This document shows, in pieces, positions 13,460-26,262 of a stretch of DNA of 64,000 bases. The position numbers and the translations under genes are program-made. The stretch covers positions 23,064,001-23,128,000 of the forward strand of contig OX597830.1 in NCBI GenBank assembly GCA_951406725.2. The letters are read 5' to 3'. Numbering within the stretch: the stretch's first letter is position 1; every line of letters starts with the position of its first letter. The stretch is from Octopus vulgaris. Lineage: Eukaryota. The notes beneath the pieces are model-generated. The model was not told the DNA's origin, did not search any database, and saw nothing but the letters and a program-made list of their open reading frames with translations.

Positions 13460-14110
13460 TTAAGAGGCATCTCAAAAGACAGAACTTTTTCAGTCCAGAG
13501 CGAGCCAAAAGTCATCATCCTCTTTTTCTCTTCGTTAGTATACAGCCACACCTAAAATATTGCTGCTCCCTGTGTTTCATATGGTTTCCCTATGCCAAAC
13601 AAAACATTGCAAGAGTTCAGACAGCCCAGAGGGCAATCACTAGGAAATAAAATGGCATCACTAATCTTGATTATTGAGACTGCCTTTATAACATTGAAAC
13701 TTTATTCTCATCACCACTGTTGCTGCTGCTACCGGCACTGCCACCACCACCACCACCACCACCACCACCACCACCACCACCACCACATCATTTGCACACA
13801 ACGTGAAGAATATACCATCAGCATTGCCCAAACAACCTTAACATCAAAGTCAGAACTTATGCAAGGCTGGGACCCTATGCCATACACCCCCTACACAATT
13901 CAAGCTCACAACACAACCAAATTGCAACACAATTACTTCTCCTCAACAGGCTCTGCTCTGTTTAACATTATTGCAAAACAAATCATAGAAGGAAAAGACC
14001 CTATTATCTTCAAACAATCCCTAGACAAATTTCTTTAAGGGATACCAGACAAGCCATCCCTGCCAGGATGTATGCCAGTCAACAACTCATTCTTTGAATG
14101 GGCCATGGTA
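13460..14110 (+). mobile_element. CR1/L2-group LINE ORF2 C-terminal fragment, interrupted by (CAC)n
   Basis: Degenerate frames IQPHLKYCC..W.P / QTAQRAITRK / QREEYTI / NYFSSTGSALFNII....FKQSLDKFL*GIPDKP match the post-RT region of CR1/L2-type LINEs. Confidence 0.8.
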
Positions 14111-15245
14111 CCACAAAACATGATTAGTCAGAGAATCATTGCTATACATGATCAAACAACCTGTTAGAAACAGCAGCCAAGTTTCCCACATGTCACACAC
14201 CCTACTATTTTAGGGACACATTGGATAATGCACTACTGGATACACTATACTAGAACAATAAATAAACAAACAAATAATCAAATGATAACTTCCTGAATGT
14301 TTTTACTTCATCAGAGCTGAGATGGTACCAAAAAAAAAAAAACGAATAGAACAGCAATCACATCAAATCCAGCATCATTTACCAGCAAATATTTTCTTAC
14401 ATGAACTTACATAAATAGGTGCAGGCATTGTGGTATGGCTAAGAAATTTGACCAAATGATCTTGGGCTCTGTTCCACAGTGTGACACCTTGGTCAGGTGC
14501 CACACTGTGGCACCTGTCTGCTAAAGCCTTGAGCTGACCAAAACATTGTGAGCGGATCTGATAGATGCCTCTGTGTGTGTGTGTGTAGATGTTTGTGATA
14601 CTTTGTCCTCATTGCCTGATAATTGTAAACAAATGTCATTCATTTCCAATATTCCGTAAAAACATGTCTGGCCATGGCAAAATATCATCTTGCTTAGAAA
14701 CAGGCTGAAGCTGGCGACAGGAAGGGCATCTGGCTGTAGAAAATCTGCTTCAATAAACTCTGCCAGTCTCATACAAGCATGGAAAAGTGGGAATTAAAAT
14801 GATGATGGTGATGATGATGACAATGATGATGATGAAGAAACCATAGTATTAATTAAACTTATTCCACTTTTGGACACAAATGTATTTGCCATCTTTTGTG
14901 TTATCTATTTTACTAATTGCTATTTTCTAATATGTTTCAATTTAAACACATAATTTATATAGAACATTATAAACAGTAATTTCGGAGAGAAAAAAAGAGC
15001 AACATTTCTGAGAGTGGACTTGTTGCTCTTTTCTATCTTAAACTGGAAATTGGCTCTTGTAATAATATCTATTGTCATTTCAGAAGTGAATTCATCTCCG
15101 AAGTTAATTCCTTCGATTTTGATTAAATATTTTTATGTTATTCCTTTCTTTTATTTTTTATTTTTTATTTTTATTCTCCTTCACTTCAGGTTTCTATCCA
15201 CTCCTGACTTAAAGTCTGTTGCTTTTAAAGTATATTTTTCTACAG

Positions 15246-15320
15246 CGAAAGGTCAACAAAGAGTGTGTTATAATGGATGCAACTATATTCCGCACTTGTG
15301 CAATTTGTTGGAGAAGATAG
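15246..15320 (+). other. Candidate 75-nt spliced exon (coding or non-coding) antisense to XYLT
   Basis: Consensus acceptor tatatttttctacag| and consensus donor AG|gtgagc. Length is a multiple of 3; open in phase 1 (xKGQQRVCYNGCNYIPHLCNLLEKI), while phase 0 ends exactly in TAG. Confidence 0.25.
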
Positions 15321-15998
15321 GTGAGCGTTGAGGAGATGTGACAGGAGAAGGCAAGAGGGTGAGTGGTGGGAAAATCAATCAAAGACTACAAGAAACACCT
15401 GAGAAAGAACACTGTCACTAGCATTGAACATAAAGGACTGGAAATAGGATTGGCTAAATTGGGAAGTGTATGACAGGGAAAACGAATTTGAGGATAAAGT
15501 TATAGGGAGAAGCTATTTTGCGGATGAATCAAATCCATGCTAATTGTGAAATATATATGTATGTATAAGTGAAAGTACATGGCCTAGTGATTAGGATATT
15601 ACACTCACAACCCATGCTAGCATGGAAAACAGATGCTAAATGATGATGATGATGATTGCTAGACCATGGGTTCAATTCCTGGACTGGGTGGTATGTTGTG
15701 TTTTTGAGCAAAACATTTCATGTTGCTCCAATCTGCTCAGCTGTAAAGGGTAAACCTGTGATTGGGTAGCCTTTCAATCAGGGATAATGCTGGCCTGTTT
15801 GCCTAGCTAGTGGTGTAGCACCATTGGAAAGCTAAAACAATGCAAAGTGCATTGTGATCAGCGATGTGTAATGACATTTAATAAGTCCGGTTGATACTGT
15901 GATATGTATGTGTATACACATACATATATGCACACAAATACATATAAGTACGTGTATATGTGTGTTTGTGTGTGTGCATGCGTGTGTGTATTTTTTAA

Positions 15999-16106
15999 TT
16001 GAAACTGAAACTCAGAGTTTCTCTCATGACTCGAATTTCACACCACAGTGATAGTGATATTCTGGCATGAAACTCAAGTCATGACACAAACTCTTGGTTT
16101 CAGTTT
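15999..16106. repeat. Fold-back palindrome, Penelope-like remnant
   Basis: gaaactgaaactcagagtttctctcatgactcgaatttcac pairs with atgaaactcaagtcatgacacaaactcttggtttcagttt; the consensus of the two arms contains GAAAC-TCGA-GTC. Confidence 0.7.
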
Positions 16107-16718
16107 AAATTATAATAAACCCATATCCTGTTCAACATATGTTGAATGCTTGTCTCTCATTCATTTAGGACATTGATCTCTATCCTTCAGTAAGTCTTTT
16201 AACCTCTTATCAACAGGCACAAAACCACCTCATTCAATCCTCCTCCCCCTCCTCCCAGTTGAGATGTCTTTGTCTTGCAAGTTACTTGGTGACCCCAGCA
16301 GTGCTGGAGCCATGAAAAAAAGTCCCAGTACATTCTGTAAAGAGGTTGATGTCAGGAAGAGCATCCAGCCTTAGAAACCAGGCTGAAATAGGCAACAGAA
16401 CTTGACACACTCCTCTGGCTTGTCAGCTCTTATGAAACCATCCAGCCCATGCTAGCATGCAAAATAGACATTGAGTGATTGACTGATTGATATATATATA
16501 TATAGTTTATAGATGAGAGACATATAAAATACACTTGTAGTGCTCAAGAGATTTAAACATGAGCAAGTATAGGAGTAAATGTAAGGATAAGCAAGTTAGG
16601 CAAGTTTATATGGAAAACATATTAAATACATTTAATACAAAAAAATGTCCATATGTTTACATATAAAAGGGTCTGACTTACACAACAGAAATGACATCAG
16701 AAATTAAAGAGGTTGCAT

Positions 16719-16946
16719 AAGAGTTTTACAAGTCCAACAATTGTTTCTGGGGGCTTGGTGGTCCAAAATAATGATTGCAAATTGAATCCATCATTGGATG
16801 ATACCAGCTTCCATCTTCAGGGAAGAATTTTAGATTTGAGGTTGACAGAAAGGAGATTAAAGATGGAATCCATCTTTAATCTCCTTTCTACCAACACCTC
16901 AAATGTAAAAGCCCCCAGAAACAGTTGCTGAACATACAAAACTCTT
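16719..16946. mobile_element. Fold-back palindrome (Penelope-like remnant) containing a hammerhead motif
   Basis: Outer arms aagagtttt...ttgtttctgggggctt / aagcccccagaaacagttg...aaaactctt; inner hairpin agaaaggagattaaagatgga / tccatctttaatctcctttct. Confidence 0.75.
16733..16823 (-). ncRNA. Degenerate minimal type-I hammerhead ribozyme motif
   Basis: Minus strand: tcc-CTGAAGA-tggaagctggt...accaagccccca-GAAAC-AATT-GTT-gga. Stem I is tcc/gga, stem II is partly paired and stem III is the palindrome ACAATTGT. The cleavage triplet GTT may be a CpG-decayed GTC. Confidence 0.6.
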
Positions 16947-17479
16947 CTTCAACCCCTTTATCATTTCTATCCTGTGTAAGTTGGACCTTTTTATATGTAT
17001 ACATATGTACTTTTTTTGTATTCAATGTATTTAATATTTTTTGTATATCAACTTGCCTAACTTGCTTATCCTATATATATATGTGTGTGTTTGTGTGTAT
17101 GGAGGGGTATAATTTAATGTTTTGGGCGTTACACTCATAGTCATAAGGTTGTGAGTTTGATTCCTGGACCAGGCAATGCATTCTGTTCTTGAGCAAGACA
17201 CTTCATTTCATGTTGCTCCAGTTCCCTTTGGGGTCTAAAGCTGAAACCATAGAATAAAGGGACATCATGATCATCACTTTCTGGCCATTTACGGTCACTG
17301 CTAACATGTATGTATACATTTATATGTGTGTTGACAGCAGCAACAGAGCCATTTAGCTCTTATTTCTAGCAGTGCAGGTATTCTAACATCTTCAGTCATA
17401 TTTAACGACAATTATTGTTTTCCTTTTTGATGAAACTCTGCTAACTAGCTGCCTGATTTAATCATATATATATATATAT

Positions 17480-17970
17480 ACCGGAGTAAGCACATAAATG
17501 TAAAACAAGGTGGAAAAAAAAAGAGTACTCAAATACCAGAGGTAGAGTAATATGCCTTATTTAAAAGCAGCACAAATATAACAAAAGCTGTTACTCAGAG
17601 TCTCACGTTCCTGTTCGTTGGACAATTTTGTTAAATATGATCAAAACTAGTTAAAGGATACACCTTTAAAAATAAATTTGTTTCATTGGTCCTTTCAAAT
17701 AACGGGCTTAAGCATGCGATAAACAAAATACACAAAATAAATGAATTCAATATAAATTCATCCTATTATAAAAATCGAGGAAAAACCTTTAATCGAAGAG
17801 CGGATTCAAAATACATATTGTCATTAATTATATATGAAATATAATTCGATTAATACAATTAATACATTAAAAATTAAAATATTTTACAACAGTATATACG
17901 CATACTTATATTGATGTATACTTATATTGATATGTATATTGATGGTTTAGTATGTGTATATACTGTTGTA
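17480..17970 (-). mobile_element. Penelope-like fragment with a degenerate hammerhead (17588-17625) and a hairpin (17884-17970)
   Basis: Minus strand: ttgt-CCAACGA-acaggaacgt-GAGAC-tctga-GTA-acag; flanked by (TA)n. Inverted arms ttacaacagtatatacgcatact / agtatgtgtatatactgttgtaa. Confidence 0.5.
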
Positions 17971-18060
17971 AGCCTTCAATTTAAAGTTTTTCCTGCACAC
18001 GCACGCAGCTGTATATGCATGCACTAGCACTATGACCCGGCAATGCTGGGTCATAGTATA

Positions 18061-18097
<37 letters not shown>

Positions 18098-18099
<2 letters not shown>

Positions 18100-18613
18100 T
18101 CATCACCGTTTAGCGTCTGCTTTCCATGCTAGCATGGGTTGGACGGTTCAACTGGGGTCTGGGAAGCCAGAAGGCTGCACCAGGCCCAGTTTGATCTGGC
18201 AATGTTTCTACGGCTGGATGCCCTTCCTAATACCAACCACTCCATGAGTGTAGTGGGTGCTTTTTACATGCCACCAGCACAGGTGCCAGACGAGTCTGGC
18301 AAACGGCCACAATCGGATGGTGCTTTTTATGTGCCACCAGCAAGGGGCCAGGTGAGGCTGGCAACGGCCACGAACGGATGGTGCTTTTTTATGTGCCACC
18401 GGCACGAGGCCAGTCGGGGCGGTGCTGGCAACGGCCACAAACGGATGGTGTTTTTTATGTGCCACCGGCACGAGGCCTTTCGGGGCAGTGCTGGCAACGG
18501 CCACATTCGGATGGTTCTCTTACGTGTCACCGGCACTGGTAACTCAGCTGCAATTTCCATTGATCGATTCTCACTTGCCTCAACAGGTCTTCACAAGTAG
18601 AGTTTTGTGTCCC

Positions 18614-18615
<2 letters not shown>
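18098..18615 (-). mobile_element. SINE family C with internal ~54-bp tandem repeats and a (GAT)n tail
   Basis: Core ttaggaagggcatccagccgtagaaac; about five units of ggatggtgctttttatgtgccaccggcacg. Related copies at 35040-35404, 39400-39780, 16270-16470, 20400-20710 and 45700-46040. Confidence 0.8.
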
Positions 18616-18671
<56 letters not shown>

Positions 18672-19679
18672 AATGTGTATTTGTGTGTAGAAGTCAATCA
18701 TCATCCTCTGATGTTTTATTGCAGTTAGGCATCCAAATGCACCTGGAACATCTGATGTTGAGTTAACTGCAGTGGTGAAGTGCATATCGGAACTAAATAT
18801 TTAAAGTGGTATTTATCTTAATTTGCACTATGCATATGTGTGTGTGTATAAGCATATGCATGTGTGTACACAGAGTAGTTAACTATGCTTAATACAGCAG
18901 GGAGTGAGAGAAAGAATATGTAGCAGGAGGCAGGCTAAAATATCATATGAAGGGTCACCAAAACAATATTGTAACACCTGCTGCAGGAGGTGCCCATCAC
19001 TGCCACAGCTGTGAAAAAGAGTGTAACGGAGAGTCTTGATATAGTAATCAATGTTGGAGCCCATGAGCTATCACACAAACTGCCAGAAATAGTAGCCAAA
19101 TCTCCTACTCAAACTGCTAGAAGTAGGAGCCCAATCTCCTTTAAATTACATACCTATAGCTATATTTAAGCTGTACTGGTTTTGGTGTGGAGATAATAGG
19201 AGGCTGTTGGAGTAGAGAGATGTTAGAGAAAGGATGATTATTAGGGGATATTGATTGGAAGGGGAAACATATGTGAGGAGAGTGTAATAATGAGAGAGAG
19301 AGAGGTGACAGAGTAAGTTTTGGAGCAAAACAAGAGGCCATTGTTGTAGTAATAGTGATTGACAGAGAGCATATAATTCAACATGGAATTTGTGGTGGGT
19401 TTTAAGAGTGCAGGAGCAGAAGACGGAGGTAGTAGAGAAAATGGGAAGAGAGAGAAAGAAAGAAAGAAAGAACAGGAATAGCTTAGCAGAGAGGAAGGAG
19501 TCGTGGAGGGGAAATGGAGATTGTGGAGTAGTGAGTTGATGGAAGTTTGCCTATCTGGCACTCAGGTTTGGAATATATATGCAGTATGTGTATGCATGTG
19601 TGCAGTGTTTGGGCATGTGTTTAGCAAAATTTTGTGTGTGTGCATGTATGTGTGCATGTTCAGCAGTATGTGTGTTTGA

Positions 19680-19710
<31 letters not shown>

Positions 19711-20842
19711 TGCAGCATTCTTCAATGTGTGAAAATGTAAAAATCGACCAACTTAATGTTGCCAAGCTATTTAATAACATCAAAAGTCTCCAATAGGATA
19801 AGATCGTTATCTAAATACCATTAATATACATTAATATATCTCACCTAATGAGATTTGTCAGGTGGAACTATCTTCAACAGAAGCAAAGCAAGCAGAAAAT
19901 TTCTGCTGCTTTAATCTCTGTCCCCCACTGGAAGCATAGACTAACTTCCTGATTATAATCTAAAACTGTCACTCACAGAATTAAGGAAAATAGATCAAAG
20001 TAAAAAAGAAAACAAAAAGAGAGTAAAAAAAAACAAAAGAAAAAAATCCCCTGTCTTAGAGAGATTCCAAATTTTTTTGTGGAATATATTTAAATTTGTT
20101 TTTTTCTGCAATCTTCAGTCAATCATGTGTGGGATTATAGGCTGTATAATAATGAACCCCTGCTTCAGATTTACTGCAGAATAGTTAACTGTTATAAAAG
20201 ATTAAGGCAAATACAAGCAATAAGTTCTTGTATATAATGTAGGAATATTTTCAGCCAATCGCAGAAGACTTTTGCCTCATATAACAAGGCACAATACTCA
20301 GACAAATAGAATATACACTTCTCCAGAGTTGAAAGGATGAAATCCAAATTCAATCTTGGTAGAATTTGAACTCTGAACATTAAACTGGAAGAAATCATCA
20401 TCAGATGTCTATTTTCCATGCTGGCATGAGTTGGCTGGCTTGACTGTAACCGGTAAGGCCAAGGGCCACACTAAGTACCCTAGTCTGTTTTGGTTTGGTT
20501 TCTATGGCCAAATGCCCTTCCTAGTTTCAACTACTCTGCAGAGTGTACTGGGTCCTTTTTTTATGCACAGATGCACTTTTAGGTGGCGTCAGCACCAGTG
20601 CTTTCCACATGGCACTTTGGTTTTAGGATCTCAGTTCTGCTGTGGGTGGGCAGATCTTCTCAAGTACAACAATGCACTAGGTATCTCAGTCCTCTGTCAA
20701 CACCTTTGTAAGGTTCAAACGTTTGAAGAAATACTGCTAAGAAATTTTGTCTGGCATGCTAAGAATTCAGCTGTCTTGCAGAATGGTGAAAAGTGAAGTT
20801 GACATCTGAAAGGTTGGAACTCAGACAATAAACAGCTGCAAC

Positions 20843-21205
20843 AGTCCGGGTTCATTCCCACTGTGTGGCACCTTGGGCAAGTGTCTTCTACTATAGCCTC
20901 AGGCCGTCCAAAGCCTTGAGAGTGGATTTGGTAGATGGAAACTAAAAGAAGCCCATATATATATATATACATATATATGTATGTGTGTGTATATGTTTTT
21001 GTGTCTGTGTTTGTCCCCCCAACATTGCTTGACAACCGATGCTGGTGTGTTTACGTTCCCGTAACTTAACAGTTCAACAGAAAAGACCAATAGAATAAGT
21101 ACTAGGGTTCCAAAGAATAAGTCCTGGGGTCGATTTGCTCAACTAAAGTCAGTGCTCCAGCATGGCCACAGTCAAATGACTGAAACAAGTAAAAGAGTAA
21201 AAGAG
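20843..21205 (+). mobile_element. SINE family A, 5'-truncated
   Basis: Matches the other family A copies. Confidence 0.8.
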
Positions 21206-21743
21206 ACAGAGAATAGTCTAACAGTAGGGCATAGAACCTGAAATTTTAAGGGAAGGGAGCTAGTCCTAGTTGTCAACTGGTACCTACTTTACTGACCCCT
21301 GGAAGGATGAAGAGAAACTGAACCTTGGTAGAATTTGAACTCAGAATATGAAGAGCTGCTAATTATTTTGTCTTATGTACTTATATTTCTGCTAGCTCAC
21401 CTTATAACAATAATAATAATGAATTTAATAATAATAATAATAATAACAACGATGATGATGATGATGATAAGATAATAATACCAATGATAAGGGGCATGAA
21501 CAACAAAAGGTGACAACGACAAAAACAATGATGGAAAAAGAGATGAAAATGGAAGAAAAGCAAATGAAGAAGAAAAAAAGCAGAAGAAAAAGAACAGATG
21601 AAGAACGGAAATTGTAGTAGTAGTAGTGGTAGTTGAAGTAGTTGTATTGGTGGTTGTAGTAGAAGTGGTGGTGGTGGTGGTGGTGGCAGTAGTGGTGGTG
21701 GTTGTGGTAGTAGTTGTAGCAGCAAAAGGTAAGTAGGACTCTT

Positions 21744-21805
<62 letters not shown>

Positions 21806-22007
21806 AAGGAAGTGGAAATCAAAAGAAAAATCTCCAGAAGTGATGATGTCTGGGACAAAGAATATTTCAAGTGGAGACAAATGAGATTAAATACAAGAAC
21901 CAAAAAAAAAAAGAAAAAAAAAGAAAAAAGATTAACAAAATGCATGCACACACACACACACACACACACACAGACAATCTACATATAAGAACATCCACAC
22001 GCACATA

Positions 22008-22053
<46 letters not shown>

Positions 22054-22130
22054 AACATACATACATACACACAAACATAGAGGCAGGTAACCTACTTATA
22101 CAACCACACACGCATATGTATATATGTACA

Positions 22131-22175
<45 letters not shown>

Positions 22176-22574
22176 TTTAAAACAGCATACACACATATAT
22201 AGATAGCCTACATACACAGACACAGATACACACACACACAAGCCAATTCAATATCAATTGGATATGTTTGTAAACAAAAGAACTCCAATAAAATATGACG
22301 TATTTCCTCAAAGAGAAAATAGAAAGAAACACTCACAAACAATGTCATGAAAACTGTTTACAAATCTTTACCAATTAATATCGAGAGCCTCGGGCACCGG
22401 CGGCACAAGAAAATGCACCTAGGCCACTACTGTGTAAAGTGGCTGGTGCAAGGAAGAGCATCTAGCTGTAGAAACCAGCTGGATGTTAAAACTAATAAAG
22501 TACATAACAGGGTTGCCTGGTTCCCCTTTGGTTAGACGGTGAAGAATTGGGTGATAATATATGATGGAGTATAA

Positions 22575-23680
22575 GGAAGGGAACTGGCAGAATGGTTAGC
22601 ACACTGGGTAGAATGCTTAGCAGCATTTCATCCGTCTTTGTGCTCTGAGTTCAAATTCCACCGAGGTCGACTTTGCCGATCATTCTTTTGGGGTTGATGG
22701 AAATGAGTACCAGTTGAGGACTGGGGGCCATGTTATTGACTAGCTCCTTTCTTGAACTTACCAGCCTTGAGCCAAAATTTGAAGTCAATAATAATGGTAT
22801 ACAATAAGGTGGTGGGCTGGCAGAATCATTGACACATTGAGCAATATGCTTAGCGGCATTTCATCCATCTTCATGCTCTGAGTTCAAATTCTGCCAAAGT
22901 CGATTTTGCTTTTCATCGTTTTGGGGGTCGATAAAAAATAAGCACCAGTAGGAGTGGCTGTGGGGTAAGTTATAGGTGTAGGAGTGGCAGTGTGGTAAGT
23001 AGCTTGCTTACCAACCACATGGTTCTGGGTTCAGTCCCACAGCGTGGCACCTTGGGCAAGTGTCTTCTATAGCCTCAGTCTGACCAAAGGCTTGTGAGAG
23101 GATTTGGTAGATGGAAAATGAAAGAAGCCTGTTGTATATATGTATATATATGTGTGTGTGTGTTTGTGTGTCTGTGTGTGTGTGTTTGTGTTTGTTCCCT
23201 CAACATTGCTTGACAACCGATGCTGGTGTGTTTATGTCCCTGTAACTTAGCAGTTCGGCAAAAGAAACTGATAGAATAACTACTAGGCTTACAAAGGATA
23301 AGTCCTGGGGTCAATTTGCTCAACTAAAGGTGGTGCTCCAGCATGGCCACAGTCAAATAACAGAAACAAGTAAAAGAGTAAAAAGAGAGAGTTGAACACT
23401 GTGGTCAATGCAATCAACTACCCCCTCTCTTCTGAACTTACTGGCCTTCGGCCAAAATTTGAACCCAATATTAAAGATATCCAAGAAGGTGGTGAACTGA
23501 CCGAATCGTTAGCACATGTTGCAAAATGCTTAGTGGCATTTTGTCGATCTTCACGGTCTGTGTTCAAATTCTGCCAAGGTCGACTTTGCCTTCCATCCTT
23601 TCAGAGTCAATAAAAAATAAGCAGCTGTTGAATGCTGGGGTGGTTCCCTGAAATTGCTGGCCTTGTGCCAGAATTGGAAA
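22575..23680 (+). mobile_element. Cluster of SINE family B copies with a full SINE family A (22976-23385) nested inside
   Basis: Three ggcagaat...gttcaaattc.gcc.aggtcgactttgcc heads around a family A copy. Confidence 0.8.
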
Positions 23681-23913
23681 TAAATATATGATGGAGAGTG
23701 TGAGAGAGATGCAGCGTCAAACTGGACCTGTCTAAGATGGCAGTAACTTTGATTGAGGACTGACTCACTGTGAGGTGAGTGAGACACTAATGGATGGGAG
23801 CCTCTATGTAGTCATTCACTCTGCTGGTAATAGCAGTTGAAACACCTTCAAATTATAATATACTGAATTAAAAGAAATGGAAGAACACATTAGACAGCGA
23901 TTCACTCATATAT

Positions 23914-24270
23914 ATCTCTACATATATAAACGGCAAAATGTCTGTGTGTGTGTCCTTTATACAAATCCACAACTTTTCAGTTAGAGGGCTTGCACTTTCT
24001 ATGGTCATTCAAAACCATCCAAGGGTGGTCATGCACATCTTTACATTTCCCCAGTCACCCAACAAAGCCATTAAAAAATCAATAGAAGTGACTTTTTTGT
24101 GAATTTTCTATCCAACACCCAATCAAAATGCCTGAAACTTGATACGCCAATTGAATGCCAGCAAGCTGTATGTGAATGGTTGGAGATTTGGACAGTACTA
24201 GTGTGTATGTGTGCATGCATGCAGCTGTATATGCATGCACTAGCACTATGACCCGGTGACGCCGGATAAA
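23914..24270. mobile_element. Helitron-like non-autonomous element
   Basis: Starts tctctacatatataaa...tgtctgtgtgtg. It carries ctagcactatgacccgg...ccgg, the reverse complement of a GC hairpin followed by CTAG; the same end occurs at ~18005-18057. Confidence 0.5.
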
Positions 24271-24416
24271 GGAGGATAAAGAAACAAAAGAGAGAGAGAG
24301 AAAGAATGACGTGATGGTCACAGACGGAACACCTTTGAGTGCAGTCTGCTCAGTCAGGACTGATTTGAACACTAAACAAAGCAGCAATGGTGAGCTGTAC
24401 TTTGTTGCCATGGTGC

Positions 24417-24471
<55 letters not shown>

Positions 24472-24737
24472 TGTGTGTGTGTGTTTATATATATATATAT
24501 ATATATATCTTTCATATTTTACTTGTTTCATTCATTGAAATTTGGCCAAGTTTTTTGAGGGGCACTTTGAAGGCTTTAGTTGGACAAATTGACCCCCAGC
24601 ACTTAATTTTTAAGTCTGGTGCTTATTCTAATTGGTCTATTTTGCCTAACTGCTAAGTTACAGGGACCTAAACAAACCAACACCAGTTATCAAGTAGTGA
24701 GTGGGCGGGACAAAACCCAAACACACATCCATGTGTG

Positions 24738-24794
<57 letters not shown>

Positions 24795-24817
24795 GTTTAT
24801 ATCTTCTGGATATCAAA

Positions 24818-24853
<36 letters not shown>

Positions 24854-24900
24854 GTGGCTTATTTGTAATTTACAACCAAAGGGCAGAACTATAAATGTCA

Positions 24901-25090
24901 CTAAAGTGACCAAGGGTACTAGCCAGCATCAGCATTGCTAGAAACAAGAGTCAAAATAACTCTTAGCCATGAGAATGCACTTAACTTATGACTTGTCAGT
25001 CATAAAATAAGTGCATTCTTGTGATTAAGAGTTGTTTTGACTCTTATTTCTAGCAATGCTGGTGCTGGCTAGTACCCTTGGTCACTTTAG
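24901..25090. repeat. 190-bp near-perfect fold-back palindrome inside a split SINE family A (24515-25260)
   Basis: ctaaagtgaccaagggtactagccagca... pairs with ...tgctggctagtacccttggtcactttag; 4-nt loop tgtc at 24994-24997; the left arm contains GAAAC-AAGA-GTC. Confidence 0.9.
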
Positions 25091-25530
25091 CAATTCTATA
25101 TATATATATACATATATATCATAGGCTTCCACAATTTCCATCCATCACATTCTCTCACAAAGAATTAATTGGTCAGGGGCTAGAGCAGAAGACACCTGGC
25201 TTGTGCTTCGCAGTAGGACTGAACCTGAAACCATGTGGTCACAAAACGAGCTTCTTAAGTTGTTACACATCGCTGGTCACAATGCACTCTTGCATTGTTT
25301 TCGCCTTTAAATGGCACCACCTCACTGGCTAGGCAAGCAGGCCAACATTCCCCTCTGACTGAAGGAGGAATGGAGCAATGTGAAATGAAGTGTTTTGCTC
25401 AGGAACACAAAGTGCCACCCAGTCAGGAAATTGAACCCATGATCTAGTGATCATGAGTGAAACATCCTACCCACTAGGCCTCACACCTTCATGTACCTAT
25501 ACAGCCATGCTTATATATGAATTATATAAA

Positions 25531-25914
25531 TGTGGAGGCACAATGGCCCAGTGGTTAGGAAAGCGGACTCATGGTTGTAGGATTGTGGTTTCGATTCCCA
25601 GCCTGGGTGTTGTGACTGTTTATTGAGCAAAAATACCTAAAGCTCCACAAGGCTCTGGCAGGGGGTAGTGGTGAACCCTGCTGTACTCTATCACCACAAC
25701 TTTCTCTTATTCTTTCTTCCTGTTTCTGTTGTACCTGTATTTCAAAGAGCCAGCCTTGTCACACTCTGTGTCACGCTGAATCTCCCTGAGAACTACGTGA
25801 AGGGTACATGTGTCTGTGGAGTGCTCAGCCACCTGCATGTTAATTTCACAAGCAGGCTGTTCCGTTGATTGGATCAACTGGAACCCTCGTTGTTGTAACT
25901 GACAGAGTGCCACG
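25531..25914 (+). mobile_element. tRNA-derived SINE family D, CpG-decayed copy
   Basis: Colinear with 50182-50574 but with many CG>TG/CA changes. Confidence 0.85.
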
Positions 25915-26229
25915 ATATATGGATAAGGGGCCCATCCTTTGATTATACACTGTCTCGATCATGGCTAACTTAGAAGTAGGGGTTGTGCTAAACAACATCA
26001 TCATCAGGGTACCTGTTGACCCTGTGTAAAGTGGATCCTAGATTAGCCGGTGGCGGTAGGATTTGAACTGTTGATGGTATTGTTAAGGCCAGCTGCTTCA
26101 TAACTATTTTGGTAATTTTAATGAAGAAAAAATGTGTCGAAAATCTCAAGTGTTTATAAGGAAACGGCAAAATTAAATATTAGAGAAATAAATGAAAAAT
26201 ATTAAAATAAACTACCAAACCAAAATCAC

Positions 26230-26262
<33 letters not shown>

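Noticed and set aside
18260-18530. Regularly spaced repeats resembling a CRISPR array
   Set aside because: The spacers are similar to each other, the block is internal to SINE family C, and the context is eukaryotic with no cas genes.
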